Source: Glaucostegus cemiculus (lineage: Eukaryota). From it: a DNA stretch of 64,000 nt. Position numbers and translations under genes: made by a program. The stretch is from positions 18,786,001 through 18,850,000 of the forward strand of contig CDPCPM010000015.1 of assembly GCA_976551045.1 (NCBI GenBank), written 5' to 3'. Positions 52,585 through 64,000 of this stretch are shown piece after piece. The stretch's first letter is position 1, and the number at the start of each line of letters is the position of its first letter. The notes beneath the pieces are model-generated. The model was given only the letters and a program-made list of their open reading frames with translations. It did no database searches and was not told where the DNA came from.

Positions 52585-53770
52585 ACTTGCACTTATGCAC
52601 TCCCTTTGACGTACCAAACGTAGCAAAATGCTTCACTGGAGTCTTATAAATAAAATATGGCACCAACCTATATATATATTGGTAGTAATGCCAATGACCG
52701 AATGCTTGGGCCAGTGGAAAGGTTTTAAGCACAGCGCAAAAAGGAGCGAGAGGTAGAAAGATGGTAAGGTTAAGAAACCCCAGAGCTTCATGGATTAAGA
52801 GCTGATAGGACAGGTGCCAATAGTGGAGTAATTAAATTCAGCGGTAACCTGGAGACTAGAAGAAATGCAGGTACCTGAGATAATCATATGGTACGAGATA
52901 AGGAGAGCCAAGGTACAGAGGGATTTGAAAACAACAGTGAAAATCTTAAACAACATCTTTACTTCAAAAAAACTCCTTTAAAGTATAAATATTGTAAAAT
53001 TACCTAAATCTATATGAAATGCTGTTATTATCCCAGAAATTTAAAGAAAAATTAAAATGCCTTTGACAAAGCAAGTTGTCAAAATGGTGATGAATGGGGT
53101 CCTGGGGTGTATTGCCTGAGGTGTATCACTCCACTCCCCTCCCTGAGATGGCTGCCATAACCTTGCCTTGAGGTCCATTGAGATTGCAGAGCTGCAAACA
53201 GTAGGTACAGTGGCAGGTAAGTCACCAGGTGTGCACGGGTTTTGGACCAGATTGAGGTCCATCTGCCCAATAGTTTAGGTTTTACTGATGCATTAATTGG
53301 AGGAAATTTTTACTTGTCCAGTGTGTGTTGATGGACAAGCAGATTGACAATTTGGAGACTTTAGAAAGCCCAAGTGGTGAAGTAGAACTGGATGCCATCA
53401 GAAACTAAAATGCTTTCAGTTGACATTACTGAGTGACAACATGTAGATGTGAAATTGGTGACCAAGATACTTGGGATCTTTGATATAGAAAGAGAAGCCA
53501 TTGCAGATAATTCTCTTGTTATGACAGGGTCCATCCGGTTGGATGATGAGGGAGTGGCACTGGAGGGGGATGGTGTGTGGTCAACTATGCCAATGGCTGC
53601 AGTCAGATCAAGAAAGGATAAGGAGGAATGGACTACCTTTGACACAAACACATTGACTTTAATGACAGCATTTGGTATTGGTTTATTATTGTCACTTGTT
53701 CGAAGGTACAGTGAAAAGCTTGTCTTACAAACTGACAATGCTTGCAGCACTGTGGCCTGATTGGAGTGAT
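52585..53770 (-). mobile_element. Degraded L2 LINE
   Basis: Minus-strand SSLSFLDLTAAIGIVDH resembles the L2 RT motif LLDLSAAFDTVDH; L2-type 3' end near 52585; small Rex-type tail inserted ~53668-53735. Confidence 0.65.
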
Positions 53771-54004
53771 TCAAACAACTGAATATAATCCAAAGATTTC
53801 ATTCAGCAGAAAAATTATGTTCATCTTACCGACAAACAAACCTGTCCAAAAGTAAATGTAGAGTTTGTCAATAAATATTATTGCTACTTGGTAAAACTAT
53901 TTAACTGGCATTTGTTATTAAAACCCTTTTTTCATTTGTCTGCATTATCAAATTAATTAATTTTTTTCTTATATAAATGATAATGCAATTGAAATAAAAA
54001 GAAA

Positions 54005-54300
54005 CAATTTGTACTTACATGAAGTCTTTCCCCACCTGGGATATTCCAAAGGATCTTACAGAAAATGAATTACCTTGAAATGTAGTCACCAGCATTGTAG
54101 GCAAACATGACAACCAAATTACACCCAGCAGACTCCCACAAACAACCGTCAGGTGAACGATCCAATTTTGATTGAGGGTAAATGGTTTACCAAAATGACA
54201 GGTGAACTCCCCCTGTTATTTTTCCAATAAAGCCATGAGATCTATTACATCAACCTGATAGGGCAGATGGAACTTTGGTTTAGCATTTTATCCAAAGACT
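54005..54300 (-). mobile_element. Deu-domain SINE
   Basis: TGAAATGTAGTCAC...CAGCAGACTCCCACAAAC...GAACTCCCCCTG..GCCATGAGATCT. Confidence 0.65.
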
Positions 54301-54389
54301 GGAAGTGAATCACTTCTGGTTCTCCATTCCAGAATAGGCCTTGGAATGGATTCTGGATTTCAAAATGTTTGCCATTTCTTCACAGCTGC

Positions 54390-54570
54390 AGGAGTCAAAT
54401 GTCCAACAGCCAGCTCCCTAATTAACAGCACCAGGGGAGCACCTTTAATACATGTGCTGCAATGATTCAAAAATTTACCTCAGCACCACCTTTTCAAGGG
54501 CAGTTAGGGAAAGGCAATAAATGCTGGCTTTGTTTGTGATGCCCACATTCATTAAATGAGTAAAATAATA
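54390..54570 (+). mobile_element. LINE 3' end (same family as 42690-43200)
   Basis: CACCACCTTTTCAAGGGCAGTTAGGGAAAGGCAATAAATGCTGGC. Confidence 0.7.
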
Positions 54571-57212
54571 AATTCTGTGGCGACATTTCTGGTATCAGTA
54601 GCCTCAATGACTGACTAAATGAGTCTATTACCCCTGCTCTTTGGAATAACAATTTAGTCCATGGCCCTAAGCCATTTCAACAAAGTTGGTAGAATCAAAC
54701 AAAAAATATCTCTACAGGTAAAACCTCTTCAACTAATACCTTCGTTTCCATTCTCCAACATTTTCCAAAAGAATCAAAGAGTTTGACCAAATCTTGAGAC
54801 AAATATCAGTAGTAATTTAGGACTGAAAAGCAGAGCAAGAATTGTTTAGAAAAAGGGCCAATACTGGTAAGATGGGAACAAGATGGGTTGAATAGCTCTC
54901 TATGATTCTTGGCACAATATATCCATACTGGAGGGATGTTTCTCATACAATGCATTAACATGCCCAACCTTTTCCATGCTCACTATTTGGTATCATTATT
55001 GCAGTAGAATGTATGTTGGCAATAAAACTTTCACCTACCCCACTAACTTCCACTCTGGCTCAGAGCAATGGAACAATTTACCCATTATCATTTAAGTCAA
55101 TGGAAGACATAATGAATAATAAATATACTTCCTCACTCCACACATGACTCAAAGTGATTACCAATTAGCATAAGAGAAAACAATTGTAAAACTTTGTCAT
55201 TATTTGCATCCCCAGATTTCTCTCAGTAGTCATTACAGTACTACTATCTAAGATAACCAAATCTATGTTTTCTTTTTAAATACATTTTTGGGGAAAGCCG
55301 TGTTTAGAAAAATACCAAACTCATAGGTTTGACTAAAATAAATAGTGCTCTTCAGTTGAAAATAGTTGTGAAGGTATTAGATGCAAAATCCTAATTAAAG
55401 GACATTACATATTAAGTACAATTAAAAACAGACTTTGCAATTCCTGCAATTTGCAATTCCCAGAAGTCCGGTCAATATAATTTAAATTGAAGTGTAATAA
55501 TTATTACTGATAAATTTGCAATTATACAAGTGGTCCACCTCTGACATTATGTTTTCCATAACAACTCTCAAACCCAAAGTCACTGAGGCCATTCTCTGGC
55601 TGAGTTTGGCTAGCTACACACAAACAATAAACTACATGACAACTTACTAGTAGCTATAGGTTATTAAAGTTATCAGTACTGAAGCACTTAGCCAAGCTTC
55701 TGAGTTGTGCTTATTAGAAAACAATTAAACCATGGTCAGGCCTATCCACACTGATTGCCTCGTACATTTCTGGACAGCTTCATCTGTTGTGAAATCAGTT
55801 ACTTATGTTAATCAGAAATAGGTACAGCTGCATTGAAATAGGCCACTTTACCAATAAGACTAGGTTAAACAGGCTAGGTGCTGATTCCTTGATTCCTATA
55901 CACATTGCCTTATATTAAGGATCAAACATACAGGTCTCTAATGAGGGTTGTATATATCTCCAATATTTTGCTCTAGCAGGTAATGGGTGCTCAGTTATTT
56001 CTACAAGACTAAGATCAATGGAAGATAAGGAAATCAAGGCACTTTGGAAATGGGTGAGAATATGGATTTGAAACATAGGATCAGTCATGATTTTATTTAA
56101 TGATGGAGCAAGTTCAAAGTGCCTTGATGCCTATTCCTAATTGTTATTTTTTGTTTAGTTAAGGAATAAAACTGAAGGTCTAGATTCTTACTGTAGCTCA
56201 ATACCAACAACAACACCAGGGCAGAAAGGGGGTAGATGAAGGAGTAGAACGAGATCTGGTGATCCCTCTCCGACACTGTTGTACTCATGTGGAAGCGTCA
56301 GGATGCTCAATGATCCTCCTGAAACTTGGCACCATCTGCTGAAGTCCCACTGCACGTTGTCCCAGGCAACCTGATCGGATCATCCACCTGTTAGTGTTGT
56401 CTCAGGTGATCAGATCTCACAATACGTATCTACCAAGTGCAAAACAAAATATCCTAGTATTTCTGTAAATAATAGTTATAATTGCTTGAATATCCATTTT
56501 CCACACAATGATGTGTGTTATGCCATGTTTATATCAAACCACTTGAGGACTATTATTAATACAGGTTTCTTATGAAAAAAGTCACCAGGTGGTTTTACCA
56601 ATATTTTCTCCATTTACACCCCCCCCACCTAAATCTTGTGCACTTTACAAAATGGACACTTTAATGTCTAAATGACATCTGCTATTTTAACCTATAATGA
56701 AAAATAAGACAATTAATGACCTTTTATATTGGGATCCGATAAAGCACAGTGAGAATATGAGGAAATTAACGCTACGGATAATCTTTCATTTTATTTTCTG
56801 TGTTTATAGATGAAGAAGTATTATTGTCAACAATTGTACTGTGGCTGATGTTTCCCACTACAGTTTCTTCAACTCTTTTCAAATTTTCGTAGGCATTAAA
56901 GAGACAACGGGCCAGATTTTGAGGGTGCTTCTCCCATTCTTGAAAAAACAACCTTGTTGAACTGAAGCGGCACAGTCCCATTCCCAACTTTGACACTGGG
57001 AAAGCTCTGAGTGATCCTTAATAATTTGTAAATGTCTCTGCCATTCAGAGACATTTAAAGCTATTAAAATTGAAGTATATAATTTGAAAAAAAAAATTAC
57101 AAGTTATTATATTTTGAGAAATTATTTAAAAACATCCAAAAGCAATATAAGTAATTAAAAACATTAAACATTAGCAAAGTAATTCTTTAAATAATAACTT
57201 CCTTTTCCCTTT

Positions 57213-57382
57213 GGAGGGATATGGACAATTGACGTTTTGGGTTGAGACCCTTCACAAATGCTTATGAAGGGTTTCAACATGAAACGTTGACTGTCCATTT
57301 CCCTCTATAGATGCTACCTGTCCCTTTGAGTTCCTCCAGCATTGCCCCAGATTCCTAGCATCTGCAATCTCTTGTGTCTCTT
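57213..57382. mobile_element. Penelope-derived fold-back element with hammerhead-like core
   Basis: CTTATGA (57261-57267) AGGGTTTCAACAT GAAAC GTT GACTGTCC; inverted arms GAGGGATATGGACA / TGTCCATTTCCCTC. Confidence 0.75.
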
Positions 57383-57694
57383 TCTTTTCCCTCTGCTTAC
57401 TAACATAAGGCCTACAATGCCCATTGAAATCTTGGAATCTCGTTCCTGCACTGGGTCCAAACAGGCAGGAGATCAGACAGGCAGTCTTCCAAGTGTAATG
57501 CTGGGGAATTCTGAGCTGTATCATTGGAGTGACAGGTTTGGCATCCCACATCGATCAGTAATTCCAAAATCTCTTACTTTGGCAGTGCTTTTTGGAAGTT
57601 CAAAAATTAATGTTATTTAAATAGCTGAATGCTGGCATTTCCATTTGGAACCACTGGTGTTGGCCAACAAAATTTGGTCCAAATATATTCAGAA

Positions 57695-58085
57695 AAAATG
57701 CTTACATTTTTCATAGTGCCTTTCACATCTTTATCAAAACATTGCAAATTGCTTTATAGCTAATAAAGAACCTAGCCCCTGACAGAATGTGGGAAGCACA
57801 GCAACTCATTTGCACGAAGGAAGCTGCCACAAACAGTTATGCAATCACGCCCAAGTGACATACATTGGTGATGTTGTTTGAGGGGGAAGTGTTGGGTAGG
57901 GCACTAGGTATAAGCTCCCCTCTCCTTTTCTCCAACCTCTTCAGCTTAATGGCCCATCTGAAATGAACTACTTTTGCCGGTGCATCAGGCTCTCAGCCCG
58001 ATGTTTTTGTTCACGTCTCTGGAGTAGGACTTGAAATAACAACCTTCTGACTCGGAAACAAAAGTGCTAACCAGCTGAGCCTACT
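57695..58085 (-). mobile_element. Deu-domain SINE
   Basis: TAGTGCCTTTCACATC...CCACAAACAG...GGTGATGTTGTTTGAGGG...GGACTTGAA..AACCTTCTGACTC..GTGCTAACCAGCTGAGCC. Confidence 0.7.
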
Positions 58086-59723
58086 AATTCAATGTGTTCA
58101 CATAATTCAAATTTTCTTCTAAAATTGATGCCTTTTAAAGGTGAAAGTAACTTACTTCTTAAAAATATTTTGTTTTTCGTTAATGTTTTTAATTATTTCT
58201 AGGTACTTTATATGTTTATAATACACATATTTTAATCTTATGATTTCTAAAAAAAAATCTTCAATGTTCCTCGTTTTTAAATGTCTCTAAATGTCAGAGG
58301 TGTTTAAAAATTGTTAAAGGCAATGTCAGGTTTGACAGAAAGCTAAGGTCCATTCCAGTCTGCCTTCTGTCTGGGACTGCTAGGGGGATTTTAGGGGCTA
58401 CTTGTAACCCAGTTGTCATATATGCCACGTCACAAGATTCAAGGGTGTAGAGGGCCAGTGCGGTAGACCCTCTACATCTTGTCCAGTAAGTACACATAAT
58501 TCTGGGCAGTGGATCCAGCTGTGGCTTCTGTGAGTTTTCACATTGTCTTTGCACCTTGATATCTGGCTCTGAATCCAGCTTAGACCGAGAAGGTGAAAGC
58601 AGGCTCTGTCTATCAATTATAAAAAGTAGAAGAGAGGTTGACAATCTGGCAGCCTCATGTGTGCTGGGAAAGCCTGCTTCTGTCTGAGTGCCCTGTGATA
58701 CTTGCAGGCTTCACACCTGCAATAAAAGTCATGGAAATGACATTCAGGTGTGCAGTGCATACTGCCCGGTGCTGTTTGCATGTCCAGGCATCTCCAGTCA
58801 TCAGCACACTACACCCATGCAGGACCCTAAAGAAAAGTGGAAGATTTCTCTATCCATATATTCAGTCCATACTCTTCTTTAATGCTTGTTTTACAGACAG
58901 GAATTGTGCTCATAAGTATTTTGGTACGCAATAGAATTCCTAGGCTCTTAACTTGTCATGTAACTGAAGCTATAGCTAACAAGTTATGAAGAAACTGAAA
59001 AAGTTGCCCATTAATGCTACTATTACTCACTTTGCTGAGTACAAAGTTCACCATTTAATTTTAAAACATTGACTTATGTTCATTGTTCATGATTTCACAT
59101 TAAAATCTATTTTGCTTTACTATCATGCAATTTTTTTAACAAGCTATATTCATCTCCTATACAAATGATATTACACCTCGTGCTTGTTTTGCATGTGTAA
59201 TATTGTGCATTTCTTCTGCTCAAATATAAATAAACTATAACCTTAAACCATTAGGCTGACTTGGAATTACAACATGTATATTTTGATTAGATTTGATATT
59301 TTGGGATTTATTGCATTTTTTAATCTCTATTGTTTTAATGTAACAAAAAGTAGTTGCCATACCCTCATGGTAGGCTGATCCAGAAGATTAAGTCTCATGG
59401 ATCCATGGAGAGTAGGTAAGTTGGATACAAAATTGGCTTGGTCATAGCAGACAGAAGGTGGTGGAGGACTGCTTCTCTGACTGGAGGTCTATGTCCAGTG
59501 GTGATCTGCAAGGATTGGTGCTGGAACCTCAGTAGTTTGTGATATATAGATAAATGATCTGAATGAAAATGCAGGTAGTTTGGTAGTAAGTTTGCAGAAG
59601 GTGCATAAATTAGTGGTGTTGTGGATAGTGAGGTATGTTGTCAAGGATTCAGCTGGATGTAGATCAGATGGAAATGTGCCTGGAGAAATGGAAGATTAAG
59701 CCGAATTCAGCCAAGTGTGAGGT

Positions 59724-60711
59724 TGTTCCCGGAAATGATTCGTGTGGGTCTTGAGAGTATTAAGAATTCTGGACCCAGTTCGACTTGCTAACAAGAGAAC
59801 TTTATTATAAGCTACAGACGCGGAACGCGGGGCAGGATAGACGGGAACGGGGGTACATTCACTCACAGACACACTTGGATACCTGCGAGAGGGATCGCAA
59901 CGGGGGTAAAATACACACACACACAGATGCACAAACACAGATGCACACAGGTAATCAGTAACAGTATACAGCTTCAGATTATAACACTACAGTGCTGGGC
60001 CCACCCTAGCACTGGCTCTAACACTACCCGGAGTCTGAGTGGAACACTCCCTGACCATGTGGCGATGCGCTCTTACCAAAGGTCTCTGTAGTATTACCTC
60101 ACTACTCCCGGGGTCATAGAAAGAGAAAGAGCTGTGGTCTCAGTCCTTTTTATAGTGCTGGAAGGCTGGGTGGAGCCTTATTGTTACAATCTGAGGGAGC
60201 CAATAGTGGAGAGGTCAAGGGCAAAAGCCTCTGCCACAGCCAATGGCCAAGGGAATTCAAGGACAAAAGAACTGGTCAGACAAGTTTAGGGTCAAGGGGC
60301 ACTCTCCCACCTGAGGGGTGGGTAGAGTCACACCTTGACTAACAGGAGGATGACTTCCGATTAGAAGGAGCAATACTGTCTTCCGGTCAGTGGGGGTCAG
60401 TGTCACTGCTGTCAGAATCAGATTGTCACAACCATATACATACATAGTATGCATAGGAGCGAGATACCGTCCTCCTCAGGTGCTCGTCCCATTAAATAAC
60501 AAACAGCAGAAACACACAGACACACTGAACAAAAAAAACATTAAAAAACTACGGAAGTTTAAATTAAATTAAATACGCAGGTTAAATTAAATACGGCTGG
60601 TAATTAAATAAATAGTTATTAAAGTGAACGGGCTGGTGGCGGGCATTTAAAGTGCTGGTGCATTTCTGGCTGGTGCATTTCACGTGACAGCCATGTTGAT
60701 TTCTCACAACA
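59724..60711 (-). mobile_element. Solo LTR with 5-bp TSD GAGGT
   Basis: TGTT...AACA termini; GAGGT at 59719-59723 and 60712-60716; TATAAAA (~60147-60153) and AATAAA (~59801) on the - strand. Confidence 0.88.
60412..60668 (-). mobile_element. Rex1/Babar 3' UTR nested in the LTR
   Basis: Near-identical to 26048-26287 and reverse complement of 50010-50300. Confidence 0.9.
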
Positions 60712-62029
60712 GAGGTGCTGCATTTTGGAAGGTCAAGTGCAAGAAGAAAGGAGAGAGTAAATGGCAGGGCCCTTAAGAGCACTGATGTACAGAGAGATGT
60801 TGGGGGTGCAGATCCATAACTGCTTGAAAGTGGCAACACAAGTGGATAGGGTGGTAAAGGAGGCTTATGACATGCTCGCTTTCATTGGTTGGACATTAGA
60901 AATGTCACGTGCTCATAATGTAACTGTATAAGACTTTGGTTATGCCTCATTTGGAGTACTGTGTGCAGTTCCAATTGCACACTACAGGAAGGTGGTGGAG
61001 GCTTTACAGAGAGCGCAGAAGTGGTTCACCAGGATGGTGCCTGAATTGGAGAGCATTAGCTATAAGTAGAAGTTGGACAAACTTGGATTATTTTCTCTGG
61101 GGTGTCAGAGGCTGAGTACTGACGTGATAGAAGTATATAAAATTATGAGGGGCATAGATAGGGTCGATAGTCAGAGCCTACTTCCCACGATGGAAATGTC
61201 AAATACTAGAAGGCATAGGTTTAAGGTAAAAGCAGTAAGTTTGTAGGAGATTCGTGAGGCATTTTTTTTTATATACAGAGAATGTTAGGTGCCTGGAACA
61301 AATGCTGCCAGGGAAGATGAGAGAAGCAGATACAATAGCAACATTTAAGAGGCACTTAGACAGAAACATGAACAGAAAGGGAATAGAGGAATACAGACCA
61401 AGTGCAGGCAGATGGAATTAGTCAGATCAGCATCATGGTTAGCACAGACACCTTGGGCTGAAGGGCCTGATCCTTTGCTATACTGCCATATGTTCTACGT
61501 TTTGCTCTTGAGTTCTGGGTTACATATGGCGTTGTTTAGGCAGCCAGTAGAATACTAGCACAACGTGTGAAGTTGTGTTTGTTTCATGTTCCTAGTGCCA
61601 CAAATTCTAATTCTAAACTAAGCTTAAAGGTGCAGAGGATCATTAAGGGTTAGCAAATATGTTTTAAAAATGTTGGTGTCAAATTCCTTTTACTGTTATT
61701 TCATAGGATCAGTTTTCATTTAACAAATGGGTCAGTCTGTCCTTGATTTTGCACAAAGAGGAATTAGATGCTAATGGAATTCTATAGTGATACCAATGAA
61801 AGAGATTTCTACTTTTATTTCTGAGACATCCTAAATAGTCAAATAGTGAGGAACAGTAAATAGACCAAACTAAAGACTACATTTTCAGTAAGACTTTAAT
61901 TATGATCAGGAAATTCAATTTAGTTTGATAATATTTTAAATTTTATGTACAAGTTGTTGGTGAGACCACAATTCTGCTTCCCAACTAAAGGCCTGTTAAC
62001 TATAGGACACTATGACAGTATAACATAGT

Positions 62030-62361
62030 CAGAGTCAGAATCAGAATCAGTTTTATTGTCACAACCATATACATACATAGTATGCATAGGAACGAGATAC
62101 CGTCCTCCTCAGGTGCTCGTCCCATTAAATAACAAACAGCAGAGACACACTATGTCTGCGATGGATGGAAGAGAGACACCTATGATCCTCTCCGCGGCCC
62201 TAACTATCCTCTGGAGGGACTTCCGCCCAGCAGCTGAGCAGCTTCCAAACCAAACAGTGATACATTGGGTTAAGATGCTCTCAATGGTCCCTCTATAGAA
62301 AGTTTTGATAACTGAGGGATGAGAGTTCGCTTTCCTCAGTCTCCGCAAGAAGTAGAGGTTA
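62030..62361 (-). mobile_element. Internally deleted Rex1/Babar copy with 8-bp TSD AACATAGT
   Basis: TSD 62022-62029 / 62362-62369; ORF part LYFLRRL..SIAD joined directly to the distal 3' UTR at 62150/62151. Confidence 0.88.
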
Positions 62362-62729
62362 AACATAGTTTAAAAGTTAAAATCCGCTTTAAATATTGGA
62401 ATTTAAAGACTAATGGCATTGTCTGAGAGATTACAGGAATCTCTTGAGGGAACTGAAAGGATGCAACTTAAAACAATAACTAAGAGCTCTATGTTGCAAC
62501 GATATGACTATGTGAAATGTAAAAAAAAAACACAGAATATGGGAATAAATTAAGGAAAGTGCACAAAGTGTTTATTTCTTTGAGGAGACAATGGGTTAAT
62601 TATTGTTTTGTAAAAGTTCTTTAATTCTGTAAATCCTGCTTGGAAGTAAATAATTCCAAAAATTGTTTTAAAGACTGTCACAATTTAAGTCAGTGACCTT
62701 GTACATTGATCTGAATTGTCAACTATTTC

Positions 62730-62922
62730 TAATGTGCTGCCTGGGGCAGTGGTGGAGGCAGATACGTTGGACAGGTTCAAGAGATTGTTGGATAGGCACA
62801 TGGAAGAATGTGGAATAGTGGGATATGTGGGAGGAAAGAGTTAGATTGTGTGACGTTTGAAGGACAGCACAACTTGGTGGGCCGAAGGGCCTGTTTTGTG
62901 CTGTATTGTTCTATGTTCTATG
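62730..62922 (+). mobile_element. CR1 3' end
   Basis: GCTGCCTGGGGCAGTGGTGGAGGCAG...GGGCCGAAGGGCCTG..(TTCTATG)n. Confidence 0.88.
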
Positions 62923-64000
62923 ACACAGATGCTGCTTGAACAGCTATTTTCTATTTTTATATCGATTTCCAGGATCTACAATGTTTTAATTTTAAATATT
63001 CAGTCCTGATTTTCCTGTTCTATTTGAGCAATATAGGATGCATTTTACATATTTTAATCCTTACTGTTTTTAAAGTGTTTTGCAGGTTTGTTTCATTACA
63101 TCTATAATCCTAGCCTTCCTGCTATGTGACTTATTCCCTGATCTTCCATGCAACCATACTGAAACTTTGCTAACCCTTAATGATCCTCTTCATCTTTAAG
63201 CTTAGTTTAGAACTAGAATTTGTAGCACTAGGAACATTGTGCCAGTATTCTACTGGCTGCCTAAACAACTCTATACGTAACCTACAGCTCAAGCATAAAA
63301 TTCACAAGTAACTTAAAAAAAACACAACGATTTGTAGCTGGCAAAATCCGTGCATTGCCATGAGTATAACAAACAAATGGAGGACTACCAATATGTTGCT
63401 CAGAAGATCCTCTTTTGAATCTTTTTCTTTTTTCAAGGAAATCTATGTTGATCTTAAGCAAGAACATTCTTAAGGAAATAAAATTACATTCACACCGAAA
63501 TGAGGGTTATGTGTAAAAATCAGAATGCTTTTGTTACTAGTTGGAGTAAATTACAGATATTGAAATGAATTAAAAATAATAATGAAAAATGCTGCATTAT
63601 GAGCACAAATATTTGTTTAAACAAAATTCTAAAGCTGACTTCATGGTTTTTATTAGTTTACTTCATGTATTGCTCCTTGCTTGGTTGTAGTGCCAAATAC
63701 TGCTAGATTCAGAAATACTGCATTGATTAGGAACTATCTATGAGCATGTAATATAGAGATGGAAAAGGAAAGTGGTGCATGGCACAAGTATAAGCAATTA
63801 TTGAAATAAAGAACACTCATTTAAATAGCACTTTTCATAATCTTAAAATCACAAATTGTTTTAAAGGAAATATTACATATATTTCTTTAAATATTGTCAC
63901 TTTTGTAACGTAGCAAACAGCAGCAAAAGTGTGTGCAGAAAAATCTCACAAAAAGCACTGAAGAGACCATGTGATCATTTTAGTTAGTGAGATTGGTTTT

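Larger units (their letters stand above)
59370..61500 (+). mobile_element. CR1 LINE (RT to 3' end) interrupted by a solo LTR
   Basis: GTTGGATACAAAATTGGCTTGG, AGTGGTGATCTGCAAGGATTGGTGCTGG (SGVPQGSVLG-like), AAGTGTGAGGT|GCTGCATTTTGGAAGG rejoin, 3' GGGCTGAAGGGCCTG. Confidence 0.88.
61507..63293. repeat. Long inverted repeat pair (61507-61657 / 63166-63293)
   Basis: GTTGTTTAGGCAGCCAGTAGAATACT, ATGTTCCTAGTG, TTCTAAACTAAGCTTAAAG and AGAGGATCATTAAGGGTTAGCAAA recur as reverse complements ~1.5 kb downstream. Confidence 0.9.

Noticed and set aside
54011-54060. Strong minus-strand donor GTAAGTAC suggesting HCN exon 2
   Set aside because: Upstream translation is not HCN (expected ...IHQWEE) and it lies in a Deu-SINE tail

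Overview
AT-rich, repeat-dense eukaryotic DNA, not prokaryotic. The repeat content (HE1-type V-SINEs, CR1/HER1 LINEs, Deu-domain SINEs) points to a cartilaginous fish, probably a batoid; the taxon is an inference. The window appears to lie wholly inside a very large minus-strand HCN channel gene, most likely HCN2-like. Two coding exons are present: 35556-35717 (S4-S5 linker/S5, 162 nt) and 29460-29678 (pore with CIGYG, S6 and start of C-linker, 219 nt), both with GT/AG splice sites and phase 0. I could not find the neighbouring exons by eye, which implies flanking introns of >28 kb and >29 kb. The rest is intronic mobile DNA: CR1, Rex1/Babar, L1 and L2 LINE fragments, several SINE families, solo LTRs, an ancient internally deleted two-LTR Gypsy element, a Tigger-like MITE, and many Penelope-derived fold-back elements carrying degenerate minimal hammerhead-ribozyme cores. 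I cannot claim a wholly new biological system. The best leads are the hammerhead-bearing palindromic retroelements, the paralogue-mosaic HCN exons, V-SINE tail swapping, a sense L1 just upstream of exon 3, and an unexplained long inverted repeat. Repeat boundaries without a quoted TSD are approximate; family names come from recalled consensus sequences, not database searches.
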